The notes below the pieces were generated by a model. It did not search any database, was not told the origin of the DNA, and saw only the letters and a program-made list of their open reading frames with translations. DNA of 64,000 bases from Candidatus Sumerlaeia bacterium (GTDB lineage Bacteria > Sumerlaeota > Sumerlaeia > SLMS01 > JANRJK01). Position 1 is the first letter of the stretch, and each line of letters opens with the position of its first letter. The translations under genes and the position numbers were made by a program. The stretch lies in contig JANRJK010000053.1 in the NCBI GenBank assembly GCA_033764015.1, positions 32,001-96,000 on the forward strand. The letters run 5' to 3'. Below, one piece after another: positions 41,885 through 51,742 of the stretch.

Positions 41885-44530
41885 GTGGCGGGCGACGGCG
41901 GGCCGAACCGCTACCTGCGGATCATGGCGCCGAACGCGGCGGCGCGGGTGGTGCCGCTGCCCCGCGACGCGCGGCTCCGCGTGGGGCGCGACCCGGCCTG
42001 CGAGGTGCCGCTGGACGACCCGAACATCTCGCGCAACCACATCGAGATCACCGAGAAGCGCGGCGTGGTGGTGATGCGCGACCTGAAGTCGCTGAACGGC
42101 ACGCGGGTGAACGGGGCGCCGGCGCTGGACGCGGTGCTGCATGTGGGGGACGAGATCGCGCTGGGGCACCACACGATCCGGCTGGTGGAGTCGCGGCTCT
42201 CCTCGGACCACGACACGGCGATGGAGGCGGACTTCCCGCTGCCGCCGTCGGAGGGGCCGTACAAGCTGGTGCACCGGATCGACCTGCGGATGCCGGATCC
42301 GCTGGCGGTGCTGAACTCGACGCAGATCACGTCGCTTTCCGGCGACCCCACGCAGGCGGCGCGCACGTACAAGAAGCTCGGCGACGCGTACCGGAAGATC
42401 GTGGTGCTGATGTCGGCGGCGGCGCGCGCGGGCACGGTGGGTCCGCAGGAGGAGATGTTCGACCGCTTCCTGGCGACGCTGCTGCGCTGCTTCGAGCTGA
42501 TGTCGCGGGCGGCGGTGTTCCTGCGGGACGACACGGAGACGGCGCCGCTGCGGCTGGTGGCGGAGGACTCGCAGACCCGGGAGAACCGGCTGGGCCCGCA
42601 CCCGTCGCGGGAGCGGCTGCTGGACGAGTCGGTGCGCAGCCTTTGCGCGATCTACGCGGTGGCGCCGCGGATGGACGCGTCGGCGGCGGACAGCGACTCG
42701 GGGGGCGCCTGCTCGATGATGGTGGCGCCGATCCTGTCGCAGGGGCGGCTGATCGGGGCGGTGTACGCGGAGAACAGCGTGCGCGGCTACGCGTTCGAGC
42801 ACCTCGACCTGGACATCCTGGCGCTGTTCGCGTTCCACGTGGCCACGGCGATGGAGAACGCGCGGCTGCTGCGGCAGACGGACCAGGCGTACGAGCGCGC
42901 CTCGAAGCTGTTCGAGGAGGTGACGCTGGACAAGACGGCGCTGCTGGTGGAGCTGCAGCGGAGCGAGAAGAAGTTCCGGGCGCTGTTCGAGCAGTCGGGG
43001 CTCGCGGCGGCGACGGTCTCGCCGGCGGACCTGTCGATCCGCGAGACGAACGACGCGTTCGCGCGGATGCTGGGGTACTCGCGCAGCGAGCTGGCGGGGC
43101 GGCGCCTTGGGGAGCTGGCGATGGACGCGCTGCTGGCGCAGCGGCTGGCGCGCGAGGCGGGCTCGCGGCCGCCGCCCGCGGAGCTGCCGCTGGCGACCTA
43201 CGGCGGCGGCGAGGTGGCGACGCTGTTCGACGCGCGCCCGCTCGCGGCGGGCGAGGAGCCGCTGCTGCTGTGCACCTTCGCCGACATCACCGCGACGAAG
43301 CGCGCGGAGCGCGAGACGCTCACGCAGCTCTCGCGCATCACGGCGCTGGGCAAGCTGGGCGAGCACCTGATGGCGACGCTGGAGGAGCCGCTGATCCTGG
43401 AGCGGGTGTTCGAGGAGGCGGCGGCGTCGCTGCCGGCGGACTTCGTGTACCTGGGGCGGTGGGACGGGGAGGCGGGGCGGCTGAAGCCGGTGCTGGCGCG
43501 GCGGCGCGGGCCGGACGGTTCGTGGCGGGCGGAGGCGTGCGCGCCGGCGGCGCCGCGCGGGGCGCTCGCGCGCTGCCTGGAGGCGCTGCAGCCCGCGCGC
43601 GAGACGCTGATGCCCGGCGAGACCAACCGCTACGACAACGCGCTGCTCCCTTCGGAGGATCCGGACGACTTCCTGCGCGACCGGCTGCACGCGCCGCTGG
43701 CGGCGAGCGGGCGCCTGCTGGGCGTGCTGTCGGTGCAGTCGCGGGACTGGCGGGCTTACGGCAAGCCGCACCTGGACTTCGCGGTGTCGCTGGCGACGCT
43801 GGCTGCGCTGGCGCTGCAGAACGCGCGGCTGTACCGCTCGACGCTGGAGCAGCAGGAGAACCTGCGGAAGCTTTCCGTGCAGCTCCTGTCGGCGCAGGAG
43901 GACGAGCGGCGGCGCATCAGCCGCGAGCTGCACGACGGTGTGGGGCAGTCGCTCACGGCGCTGCGGTTCCAGATCGAGGGGCTGAAGGCGGCGGCGCGCT
44001 CGAAGACGGCGGAAGGGCTGCGGAGCGACGCGCACGAGGCGGGCGCGATGCTTTCGCAGGTGATCGACGAGCTGCGGGCCATCTCGCTGGACCTGCGGCC
44101 GACGATGCTGGACGACCTCGGGCTGGAGCCGGCGCTGCAGTGGATGGTGCGCCAGTTCCAGGACCGCTCGGGGATCCGGGTGGACGCGACGATCCGGCTC
44201 GGGGGGGCGGAACCGCCGCCGGAGCTGGCGACGAACGTGTACCGGATCGCGCAGGAGGCGCTGAACAACGCGCAGAAACACGCGCGAGCGTCCTTGATTT
44301 CCATCAGCATCATCGCGCACGATTCGGAACTGGGAGTGAGGATACGGGACGACGGCGCGGGGTTCGACCCGGCGCTGCTGCCCGGATGGCAGGCGGAGCG
44401 CGGGTGCAGCGGCCTCCTGAACATCAAGGAGCGGGCGCTCCTCTCCGGAGGATCCTTCCAACTCGCTTCCACACCGGGGAAAGGTACGACACTCACCCTT
44501 TCCTTCCCGCTCGACGGGGGTAGACAATGA
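41885..44530 (+). CDS. FHA-GAF-PAS-GAF sensor histidine kinase (HisKA_3/NarX type)
   Basis: FHA VGR/SRNH/NGT; ERRRISRELHDGVGQ; QEALNNAQKHA; DDGAGF; no TM. Confidence 0.92.
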   Translation: MAGDGGPNRYLRIMAPNAAARVVPLPRDARLRVGRDPACEVPLDDPNISRNHIEITEKRGVVVMRDLKSLNGTRVNGAPALDAVLHVGDEIALGHHTIRLVESRLSSDHDTAMEADFPLPPSEGPYKLVHRIDLRMPDPLAVLNSTQITSLSGDPTQAARTYKKLGDAYRKIVVLMSAAARAGTVGPQEEMFDRFLATLLRCFELMSRAAVFLRDDTETAPLRLVAEDSQTRENRLGPHPSRERLLDESVRSLCAIYAVAPRMDASAADSDSGGACSMMVAPILSQGRLIGAVYAENSVRGYAFEHLDLDILALFAFHVATAMENARLLRQTDQAYERASKLFEEVTLDKTALLVELQRSEKKFRALFEQSGLAAATVSPADLSIRETNDAFARMLGYSRSELAGRRLGELAMDALLAQRLAREAGSRPPPAELPLATYGGGEVATLFDARPLAAGEEPLLLCTFADITATKRAERETLTQLSRITALGKLGEHLMATLEEPLILERVFEEAAASLPADFVYLGRWDGEAGRLKPVLARRRGPDGSWRAEACAPAAPRGALARCLEALQPARETLMPGETNRYDNALLPSEDPDDFLRDRLHAPLAASGRLLGVLSVQSRDWRAYGKPHLDFAVSLATLAALALQNARLYRSTLEQQENLRKLSVQLLSAQEDERRRISRELHDGVGQSLTALRFQIEGLKAAARSKTAEGLRSDAHEAGAMLSQVIDELRAISLDLRPTMLDDLGLEPALQWMVRQFQDRSGIRVDATIRLGGAEPPPELATNVYRIAQEALNNAQKHARASLISISIIAHDSELGVRIRDDGAGFDPALLPGWQAERGCSGLLNIKERALLSGGSFQLASTPGKGTTLTLSFPLDGGRQ

Positions 44531-45204
44531 TGACCAAGGCGGACACGCTCCGAGTGCTGATCGCCGACGACCACGCGATCGTCCGGCAGGGCCTGAAGCG
44601 GCTCCTCGAATCCGAAGAGGGCATCGAAGTGGTCGGCGAGGCGCCGGACGGGCGCACCGCCGTGGCCATGGCGGTGGAACTACAGCCGACCGTGGTGGTG
44701 ATGGACGTCTCCATGCCGGGCCTGAACGGCCTGGAGGCGACGCGCCAGATGCTGAAGAAGGCGCCCAAGACGCGGGTGCTGATCCTCAGCATGCACAAGA
44801 ACGAGGCCTACGTGCTGCAGGCGCTGCGCAACGGCGCCAGCGGCTACCTGCTGAAGGACTCGGGCGCGGAGGAGATCGCCAACGCGCTGCGCGCCCTCGC
44901 CCGCGGCGAAAGCTACCTGTCGCCCTCGATCAGCAGGGTGATCATCGACGACTACCTGCGGCTCAACACGGACGGCGAAGGCAGCAAGCGCCCGCTGTAC
45001 GAGTCGCTCACCGCCCGCGAACGGGAGATCTTCCAGCTCCTGGCGGAGGGCATGAAGAACCACGAGGTGGCCGACAAGCTCAACGTCTCGGTGAAGACGG
45101 TCGAGACGCACCGCGCCCACATCATGGAGAAGCTCGCGCTCGGCAACGTGGCCGAGCTGGTGAAGTACGCCATCGAGATCGGCGTCGTCCAGATCGATCA
45201 ATAG
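44527..45204 (+). CDS. NarL/LuxR family response regulator
   Basis: ADDH, MDVSMP, LTAREREI, KTVETHR. Confidence 0.96.
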   Translation: MMTKADTLRVLIADDHAIVRQGLKRLLESEEGIEVVGEAPDGRTAVAMAVELQPTVVVMDVSMPGLNGLEATRQMLKKAPKTRVLILSMHKNEAYVLQALRNGASGYLLKDSGAEEIANALRALARGESYLSPSISRVIIDDYLRLNTDGEGSKRPLYESLTAREREIFQLLAEGMKNHEVADKLNVSVKTVETHRAHIMEKLALGNVAELVKYAIEIGVVQIDQ

Positions 45205-45288
45205 TTGTCTCGCGCCCCGGGACGGCAGCATTATCGCGCCGCGGCGGACAACTCGCCGCGGCATTCCTTTTCCAACCGCCCGGACGCC

Positions 45289-47184
45289 ATGCCGCACCCC
45301 TTCCAAGACGCCTTCGCGCGCCTCGACACCGAGGCGATCCTCGAGCTTTCCCGCACCCTCGCGCCGGACGCGGACGACTGCTCGCGCGTGGCGGCCGCCT
45401 TCGGCGCGCTCGCCGACGGGGAGCCGGACCGCGCGGCGGAGCTGCTCGAGGGGCTCGCCGGCGACGGCACGGCCCCGGAGGCGGACGCCGCCTACGTGCG
45501 CGGGTTCCTCCTCGCGTCGCAGGGGCTGATCGACGAGGCGGCGGAGGTGCTCGAGGCCCGCATGGCCGACCCGGACGCGACGCACGGCAGCCGCATGCGG
45601 CTGCGCGCCGCGGAATGCCGCATCAAGTCGGGGCAGCTCCAGACCGCCGTGGACGACCTGCAGCCGCTCCTGGTCCCGCCCGGCTGCGATGACACGCTCG
45701 AGGCGCACTTCCTCGCGCTCGAGGCGATGCTGCTGTCCGACTGGGAGAAGGAGAAGATCGTCGAGGAGGTGTCGCTGCTGGACGCGCTGCTGGAGCGCGG
45801 CTTCCGCATGCGGGAGGGCGAGAACGTGCTGGCCGCGGCGGACCTGCTGGCGCGCCACCGCATCGAGGGCGTGCAGGAGCGGCTCTACGCCGCGCACCGG
45901 CACCTGATCGAGGCGATCCGCACGGAGGACCCGGAGGAGATCCGCCACCTGTACGCGGAGGGGGCGAAGTGGAAGAACGGCGGCCTGCTGATCGCCGCCG
46001 CGCGCTCCTACGAGGAGGCGCCCTTCGCCTGGCCGGAGGAGCAGGCGGAGGCCGCCGCCTTCCAGTTCGCGCACCACGAGGAGTTCCGCGCGGCGAAGCT
46101 GCTGCTGGAGGCCACCTTCGACGAGGACACGGTGCACGCCAACGGCGACCTGTGGGGGCCGCTGCTGCTCTGCTGCTACCATGGCGAGCTGTGGCGCGAG
46201 GCGCTCGGCGCGATGGAGCGCCACGCGGAGGAGATCGCCGCGTCGCCGCAGGCGGAGGGCACGCGCCTGATGCGCGCGGTGGCGCTGCACCACCTCGGGC
46301 GCCACGCCGAGGCCGCGGCGGAGTTCGACGCGCTCGGTCCCGCGCTGGCGGAGCTGGCGGAGCCGCACGAGGCCGCCGCCGCGGTGAAGGCGCTGCGCGC
46401 CGCCGGGCGCCCGGAGCAGGCCGCGGAGCGGGCCCGCGCGCTGCTCGCCGCCGCCTCGGACCGCCCCGACTGGACGCCCTATTTCCTCAACGCGCTGGTG
46501 AACGAATCGATGTTCTCCGGCGACCCGGCGCTCTTCCGCGACGCGGTCGACCTGGCCACCGGGGCGCTGCCGCGGCCGGCGCTGGCGGACCACCTGGCCG
46601 CGCTCGGCGAGCTGGCGCTGGCGTGGTGCCTCCCGGTGGCCACGCGCGCCGCCGCGGACGCGCTGGCGCCGCTGGACGGCGCGCGGGCGGAGCTGCTGCG
46701 CGCGCTGGCGGACGCGGACGGATCCGCCGCCGCCGCGGAGGGGGCGCTCGCCGCGCTGGAGCGCCTCGGCGCCGCGCCGGGCCGCACCGCCGCCGAGGCC
46801 CACTGGCACCGCGCGCGGCTGCTGTACCGCATGGGGCGCGACCGGGAGGCGATGGGGGCCGCGCGGCTGGCCGCGGACTCCCCCGGCACCGCGCGCCGGC
46901 ACCTCGCGCTGGAACTCGCCGCCCGACTGCTCGAAGCGTCGGACCTCGACGCGGCGATCTCGCTGCGCAACGAGGCCCGCGCCGCCACCGCCCCTCCCCG
47001 CGCCGGGCGCGACGCCAGCGCGCTCCGCGAGGACGAACGCCGACACGCGCTCGACGAGGAGCGCGCCGACTCGCTCGCCGCCCGCCTGGAGACGGTCCGC
47101 GACCGCGCCCCGGACTCGTCGGAAACGCAACGGCTGGAGCGGCGCCTGGCCTGGCTGCGGGACTGGGCCGCGCCGCAGGGGTGA
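45289..47184 (+). CDS. TPR/helical repeat protein
   Basis: Ala/Leu-rich helical repeats; host-like codon usage. Confidence 0.7.
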   Translation: MPHPFQDAFARLDTEAILELSRTLAPDADDCSRVAAAFGALADGEPDRAAELLEGLAGDGTAPEADAAYVRGFLLASQGLIDEAAEVLEARMADPDATHGSRMRLRAAECRIKSGQLQTAVDDLQPLLVPPGCDDTLEAHFLALEAMLLSDWEKEKIVEEVSLLDALLERGFRMREGENVLAAADLLARHRIEGVQERLYAAHRHLIEAIRTEDPEEIRHLYAEGAKWKNGGLLIAAARSYEEAPFAWPEEQAEAAAFQFAHHEEFRAAKLLLEATFDEDTVHANGDLWGPLLLCCYHGELWREALGAMERHAEEIAASPQAEGTRLMRAVALHHLGRHAEAAAEFDALGPALAELAEPHEAAAAVKALRAAGRPEQAAERARALLAAASDRPDWTPYFLNALVNESMFSGDPALFRDAVDLATGALPRPALADHLAALGELALAWCLPVATRAAADALAPLDGARAELLRALADADGSAAAAEGALAALERLGAAPGRTAAEAHWHRARLLYRMGRDREAMGAARLAADSPGTARRHLALELAARLLEASDLDAAISLRNEARAATAPPRAGRDASALREDERRHALDEERADSLAARLETVRDRAPDSSETQRLERRLAWLRDWAAPQG

Positions 47185-47284
47185 AGGGGCTTACCGCGCC
47201 CCGGGACGCGGCCAAGCCTTACCCGGATCCACGAACGACTACGTTACCGAAGCCTTGGCCGCAGGGCTTTGGGCGCTCCCACCA

Positions 47285-48104
47285 CTACTTCCCGCCCTTC
47301 CCGAAGACCTTCATCACTTGCTGGAGGTCTTCCCAGACGGGGCGTTTGGCGGCGGGGTTCCGTAGGAGGTAGGATGGGTGGTAGGTGGGCATGGCGTCGG
47401 CGGGGCCGAATTTGAGCCATTGGCCGCGGAGTTTGGTGATGCCGGTCTTGGCGTGTTCGGGGAAGAGGGCGCCGACGGCGGTGGCTCCGAGGCAGACCAT
47501 GACGCGGGGGCGGATCACGTCGAGCTGGCGGCGGAGGTAGGGGAGGCAGGCGTCCATTTCCTCGGGGAGGGGGGCGCGGTTGCCGGGGGGGCGGCATTTG
47601 ACGATGTTGAGGATGAAGACTTCGGAGCGCTGGTAGCCCATCGCCTCGATCATCTTCGTGAGGAGCTGGCCGGCGCGGCCGACGAAGGGGATGCCGGACT
47701 GGTCCTCGTCGGCGCCGGGGCCTTCGCCGACGAAGACGAGGGGCGACAGGGGGTCTCCGTCGCCGGGGACGGTCTTGTTGCGCCCGTGGCAGAGGCCGCA
47801 GGCGCGGCAGCCGTCGATTTCGGCGGCGATGGCGGCGAGCGCTCCGAGGCGCTCCTCGCGGGTGGCGAGGTTGGGGCCGCGCCAGTCGGCGGGGGGTTCG
47901 AGGAGGGTGGACGGCAGGGGCGCGGCGGGCGGGCGCTTGGTGGCGCCGCGGGGCGCGGGCTCGGCGGGGGGGCGTTCCGTCGTGGCCGGGCTGTCGGCGC
48001 GGCGGGCCGGTGCGCCGGCGGGGGGGGGCTTCGAGCGGTTCCGTGGCGAGGAAGCCGAGGCCGCGGAGGATGCGCGCGCGGGCGCGGAGGTCGGCGCCGC
48101 TCAC
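47285..48104 (-). pseudogene. Family-4 uracil-DNA glycosylase, frameshifted in a homopolymer (or sequencing error)
   Basis: CRACGLC, FVGEGPGADED, NIVKCRPPGNR, YHPSYL; the GTG at 48104 is out of frame unless C9 (48020-48028) is C8. Confidence 0.85.
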
Positions 48105-49039
48105 CGGATGCGCTCCGCCTCGAGGTCGAGCACCGCGAGCGCCCAGTCGCCGAACTCGTCCCTGCGCATGCCGAAGCGGATGGTGCGGACGCGGGAGGTG
48201 GTGGGGTCGTAGCCGCGTTCGGCGAGGGCGCGGACCTCGAGGGCTGCCATGATGCCGATCGCCTTGGGGGAAAGGGTGAAGACGTCCCAGGTGCCCTCGG
48301 TGGCGGTGGCGGTGGTGTAGGTTCCTTCCCGGGTGGTGGCGGCGTTGAGGAAGGAGCGCCCCGCCTGGGGGCGGATGTGGCGCGTTTCGATGCTGATGTC
48401 GTAGCGCCGGCGGAGCGCGGCTTCGGCTTCCTCCTCGGGGAGGTCGGAGAGGTCGATGGTGCGGATCACTCCGGCGAGGCCACCGTCCGAGACGATGCTG
48501 AATTCGCGGGCGGCGGCGTCGACCGCGTGGCGTTCCAGCGTTTGGGCCATCTCGCCCTTGCGCTTGCGGAGCCCGGCGGCCTCCTCGCCGATCTCGAGGT
48601 GCAGCTCGGCGAGGCGCCCCCGCTCCGCCGCCTTGGGAACCCACGTCGCGAAGCGGTCGTCCGGCGCGGCTTCCGGCAGCGGATCGAACAGCCCGGGGGC
48701 GGACTGGGCGAGTTCCTCGACGAGGTCCTCGGCGTCCTCTTGGGCGGCGTCGGGGAGCCGTGTGGCGGCGGCCTCCTCGAAGGGGGCGGGCTCGTCCATG
48801 GGGAGCGGCTGCTCGACGGGGGGGACGGCGGGGTCGTCCAGCACGATGGTGACGTCCCACTCGTCGTCGGGCGGCGCGTCGGCGCCGATGGTGGCGGTGC
48901 GGATGGCGAGCGCGGCGAGGAGCAGGGCGACGGCGAGGAAGCCCGCGGCGTGCGCGGCGACGCGCTCGCCGAGGGGTGGCGGCGGGCGCCGGCGGATTTC
49001 GCGGAGCGGCGCGGGCAGTGCGTGGAACGCGGCGGCCAC
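48101..49039 (-). CDS. Hypothetical membrane-anchored protein
   Basis: N-terminal TM, acidic Pro-rich linker; operon context. Confidence 0.7.
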   Translation of the reverse strand: MAAAFHALPAPLREIRRRPPPPLGERVAAHAAGFLAVALLLAALAIRTATIGADAPPDDEWDVTIVLDDPAVPPVEQPLPMDEPAPFEEAAATRLPDAAQEDAEDLVEELAQSAPGLFDPLPEAAPDDRFATWVPKAAERGRLAELHLEIGEEAAGLRKRKGEMAQTLERHAVDAAAREFSIVSDGGLAGVIRTIDLSDLPEEEAEAALRRRYDISIETRHIRPQAGRSFLNAATTREGTYTTATATEGTWDVFTLSPKAIGIMAALEVRALAERGYDPTTSRVRTIRFGMRRDEFGDWALAVLDLEAERIR

Positions 49040-49048
49040 GGCGGGTCG

Positions 49049-50266
49049 CTAGTTCTCCGGCGGCAGGCCGAGCGCCTCGCGGACGCGGGGCTCGCGGTAG
49101 AAGGGCACGATGACGGACTGGTCGCCCGGCGCGCGGCCCTGCTGGTCGACCTTGTCGCGCCAGGGCGAGTGGATCATCGCGTTGACGTTGCCGCTCGGGG
49201 GCGTGCGCTTGCGGTAGACGAGGATGCTGCCGAAGGGGTCCTCCGGCGGCATGGGGCCCTCGAGGTAGGGACCGTTCCAGCCGTCGAGGCCGGCGCGGTT
49301 CTCCTTCATCAGGTTCCACGCCTCGTCGTCCCCGGGCACATGGCCCGTGTCGGCGGCGAAGCGCATGAAGGCCTGCGAGACCTCCTCCATCTTCTCGAGG
49401 TACTTGTTCTCGGCGATGGTGCGGTTGGCCTCCTCCATAGTCTGCGTCCAGGCGGCGTTGTCGGCGGCGATCTGCTGGACGAGCGGCGCGGCGAAGCCGC
49501 CGCCGAGGGACGCGCCGCCGAGCGCCGCCGTCGCCTCCTGCGCCCAGGCGTCCCACGCCTCCCGCGACACCGACGGGTCGATGTTGATCGCCTCGAGCAG
49601 CTGGCCGTTGAGCTTCACCAGCACCGCCTGGTTGGCGCCGAGCGTCGTCGAGACCGGCGCCTTGGCGGAGGACACCTCGACGGAGCCCTCGTCCACGGTG
49701 ACCAGGCTGCCCTGCCCCTCGATGATGTCGACGCGGAAGCGAGTGCCCTTCACGCCTGCGGTCAGGTCCGGCGTGACGACCTTGAAATCGCCCGGCACCG
49801 CGCGCGGCGCGACTTCGCTCCAGAGCGAACCGGCCACCAGGCGGAGCTGCACCTGCTCTGAATCGCCGGACAGCTCGACCAGCTCGACCTCGCTGCGCTC
49901 CGGGATGCGGATCGTGTCGGCCTTCTCGCGGAGCGCCATCTGCGCGCGGGAGTTGACCGTGCGCACGCGGGAGCCCGCGCGGAGCATCGCCGCGGCGGTT
50001 TCGAGCGTGGGCGCTTCGGCGCCTACGGAGTACAGCTCGACCGGTTCCGTGGCGGGGATGATGTCGAAGAGCGCGGCGTCGAAATCCGCCGGGATGTCGG
50101 GGCGCGCGGCGGGGGGCCTGGGCGCCTCGCCGAGCGCGGGCACCGCGGCGGGCGTGGCCGCGGGCGCCTCGCCGAGCTTCGGCACGGCGGACTGCTGCGC
50201 GTGCGCGGCGGCGGCGAGCGCGGCGGCGGCGAGGATCGGGAGGAAGGTGCGGGCGGTTCGCTTCAT
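49049..50266 (-). CDS. Secreted FecR-domain protein with GspG-like C-terminal domain
   Basis: Signal peptide; FKVVTPDLTAGVKGTRF...VDEGSVEV; FAADTGHVP...WNGPYL...DPFG. Confidence 0.75.
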   Translation of the reverse strand: MKRTARTFLPILAAAALAAAAHAQQSAVPKLGEAPAATPAAVPALGEAPRPPAARPDIPADFDAALFDIIPATEPVELYSVGAEAPTLETAAAMLRAGSRVRTVNSRAQMALREKADTIRIPERSEVELVELSGDSEQVQLRLVAGSLWSEVAPRAVPGDFKVVTPDLTAGVKGTRFRVDIIEGQGSLVTVDEGSVEVSSAKAPVSTTLGANQAVLVKLNGQLLEAINIDPSVSREAWDAWAQEATAALGGASLGGGFAAPLVQQIAADNAAWTQTMEEANRTIAENKYLEKMEEVSQAFMRFAADTGHVPGDDEAWNLMKENRAGLDGWNGPYLEGPMPPEDPFGSILVYRKRTPPSGNVNAMIHSPWRDKVDQQGRAPGDQSVIVPFYREPRVREALGLPPEN

Positions 50267-50713
50267 GGCGGCGTCTCGATTCAGACTAAGCAAGGGGCCG
50301 CCGGGCTTGGCCGTCAAGGCGGGGGTGGGAAACCGGACCGTCCATGGAAGGAGGCGCCGGGGGCCCGCCGCCGCGGTCGACCGCGCCAACACGCGCTATG
50401 GGAAGGGGCTCAAGAAGCTCGCCGGATAGCGCGTGCCGCCCGAGATCCTCACGGTCGCGATTCAACCGAACGCCTGCCCCCGAAGCGAAGCCGCGCCTCT
50501 GCAGGGCTTCGCGCCCTGCGGCGTCCGGGCGTAGTCCCACCTGCGCACCGCTTCGTGTCGGGGCCCTCCACGAGGGGGTTCTGCGTAGGCGCGGTTTCGG
50601 GGGGGCGGTGTTGGGCCCGCCGAACAGGGGGCGGCGCCAAGGCCTCGGGAATCTCCCTTGCGACCGCGGAAGGGGGGTGCTAAAAAAACAGCATCCCGCT
50701 TCGGAGCATCGCC

Positions 50714-51565
50714 ATGTCCCCGCTTTCGCGTCGCCGCTTCCTTCTCGCAACCGCCGCGACGGGAGCGGGCCTTGCCCTTGCGGAACTTCCCCGGGGGGCG
50801 GCGGCGGGTCAGGAAACGCCGCCCGCCGCCCTGCTCCCGGAGGACTTCCCCCGGCAGGACGCGGATGCCGTGCGCGAAACCGTGGGCGCCTCCCACTCGA
50901 ATCTCGACCGGGTGAAGGAACTCGTCACGGCCCGGCCGGCCCTTGCGAAGTGCGCCTGGGACTGGGGATTCGGCGATTGGGAGACGCCCCTCGGGGCGGC
51001 CTCCCATACCGGGCGGCGCCAGATCGCGGAGTTCCTGATGTCCCAAGGCGCCCGGCCCGACCTGTTCACCTTCGCGATGCTCGGGAACCGGGCGGTGATC
51101 GAGGCCGCCGTGAGGGCCAGCCCGGGCATTCAGGGCGTCCGCGGCCCGCACGGGATCACGCTGCTCCAGCACGCGAAGAACCGGCTTTCGGCGGAGGATC
51201 TGGATCCCTCCGAGTCCGACGGGCTGAATGGCGTGGTGGAGTACTTGAACGCCGTCGGCGGCGCGGACGCGGCGGAGACGGACCTCGAAATGGACAAGGC
51301 GCAGAAGCTCGTGTTCGTCGGCTCCTATGGAATCGGCGCCCCCGGCGCCGCCGACACCATCGAGGTGGCGCTGAACAAGCGGGAGATCCTCACCATCAGC
51401 CGCGGCAAGCGGTCGGAGCGGAACCTTCGCCATGTGGAGCCGAATACCTTCGCCCCCGTGGGCGCTCCGGACGTGCGGATCCGCTTCGAGGTGGCGGGCG
51501 GAAAGGCCGTGTCCTTGACTATCCACGATCCGATGCCCGTCGCGACGGCGTTCGCGTCGCCTTGA
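50714..51565 (+). CDS. Tat-exported ankyrin-like protein
   Basis: SRRRFLL twin-arginine signal; ETPLGAASHTGRRQIAEFLMSQGA. Confidence 0.8.
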   Translation: MSPLSRRRFLLATAATGAGLALAELPRGAAAGQETPPAALLPEDFPRQDADAVRETVGASHSNLDRVKELVTARPALAKCAWDWGFGDWETPLGAASHTGRRQIAEFLMSQGARPDLFTFAMLGNRAVIEAAVRASPGIQGVRGPHGITLLQHAKNRLSAEDLDPSESDGLNGVVEYLNAVGGADAAETDLEMDKAQKLVFVGSYGIGAPGAADTIEVALNKREILTISRGKRSERNLRHVEPNTFAPVGAPDVRIRFEVAGGKAVSLTIHDPMPVATAFASP

Positions 51566-51669
51566 GCCGAGTGAAGGGACGGGCCGCTTCCACGGTCCGC
51601 CGCGCGCCGCGCTTGCCGGGACTGCGGCGGGGCGCCCAATCTTCGCGGCCGAGAGGCGGAAGCAGCCGC

Positions 51670-51708
51670 TTGACGGGCGCCGCCTCGAACTGCACACTCC
51701 ATGTGTGC
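51670..51708 (+). promoter_or_regulatory. Promoter and operator of the TA operon
   Basis: TTGACG-17 bp-CACACT; inverted repeat GCACAC-N5-GTGTGC overlapping the -10. Confidence 0.65.
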
Positions 51709-51742
51709 TGTTGAGTTGCATCCCGCCACGCGGAGCGCCGCC

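Noticed and set aside
39185..44527. Very long antisense ORFs (1780 aa here; also 32562-36005, 3576-6083, 7051-9558, 57946-60900)
   Set aside because: Shadow frames opposite well-supported genes in GC-rich DNA; Arg/Pro/Gly-rich and motif-free
48101..48103. Stop-codon readthrough fusing the membrane protein to UDG (same frame)
   Set aside because: The fusion is topologically implausible; the coupled GTG plus a homopolymer indel is simpler
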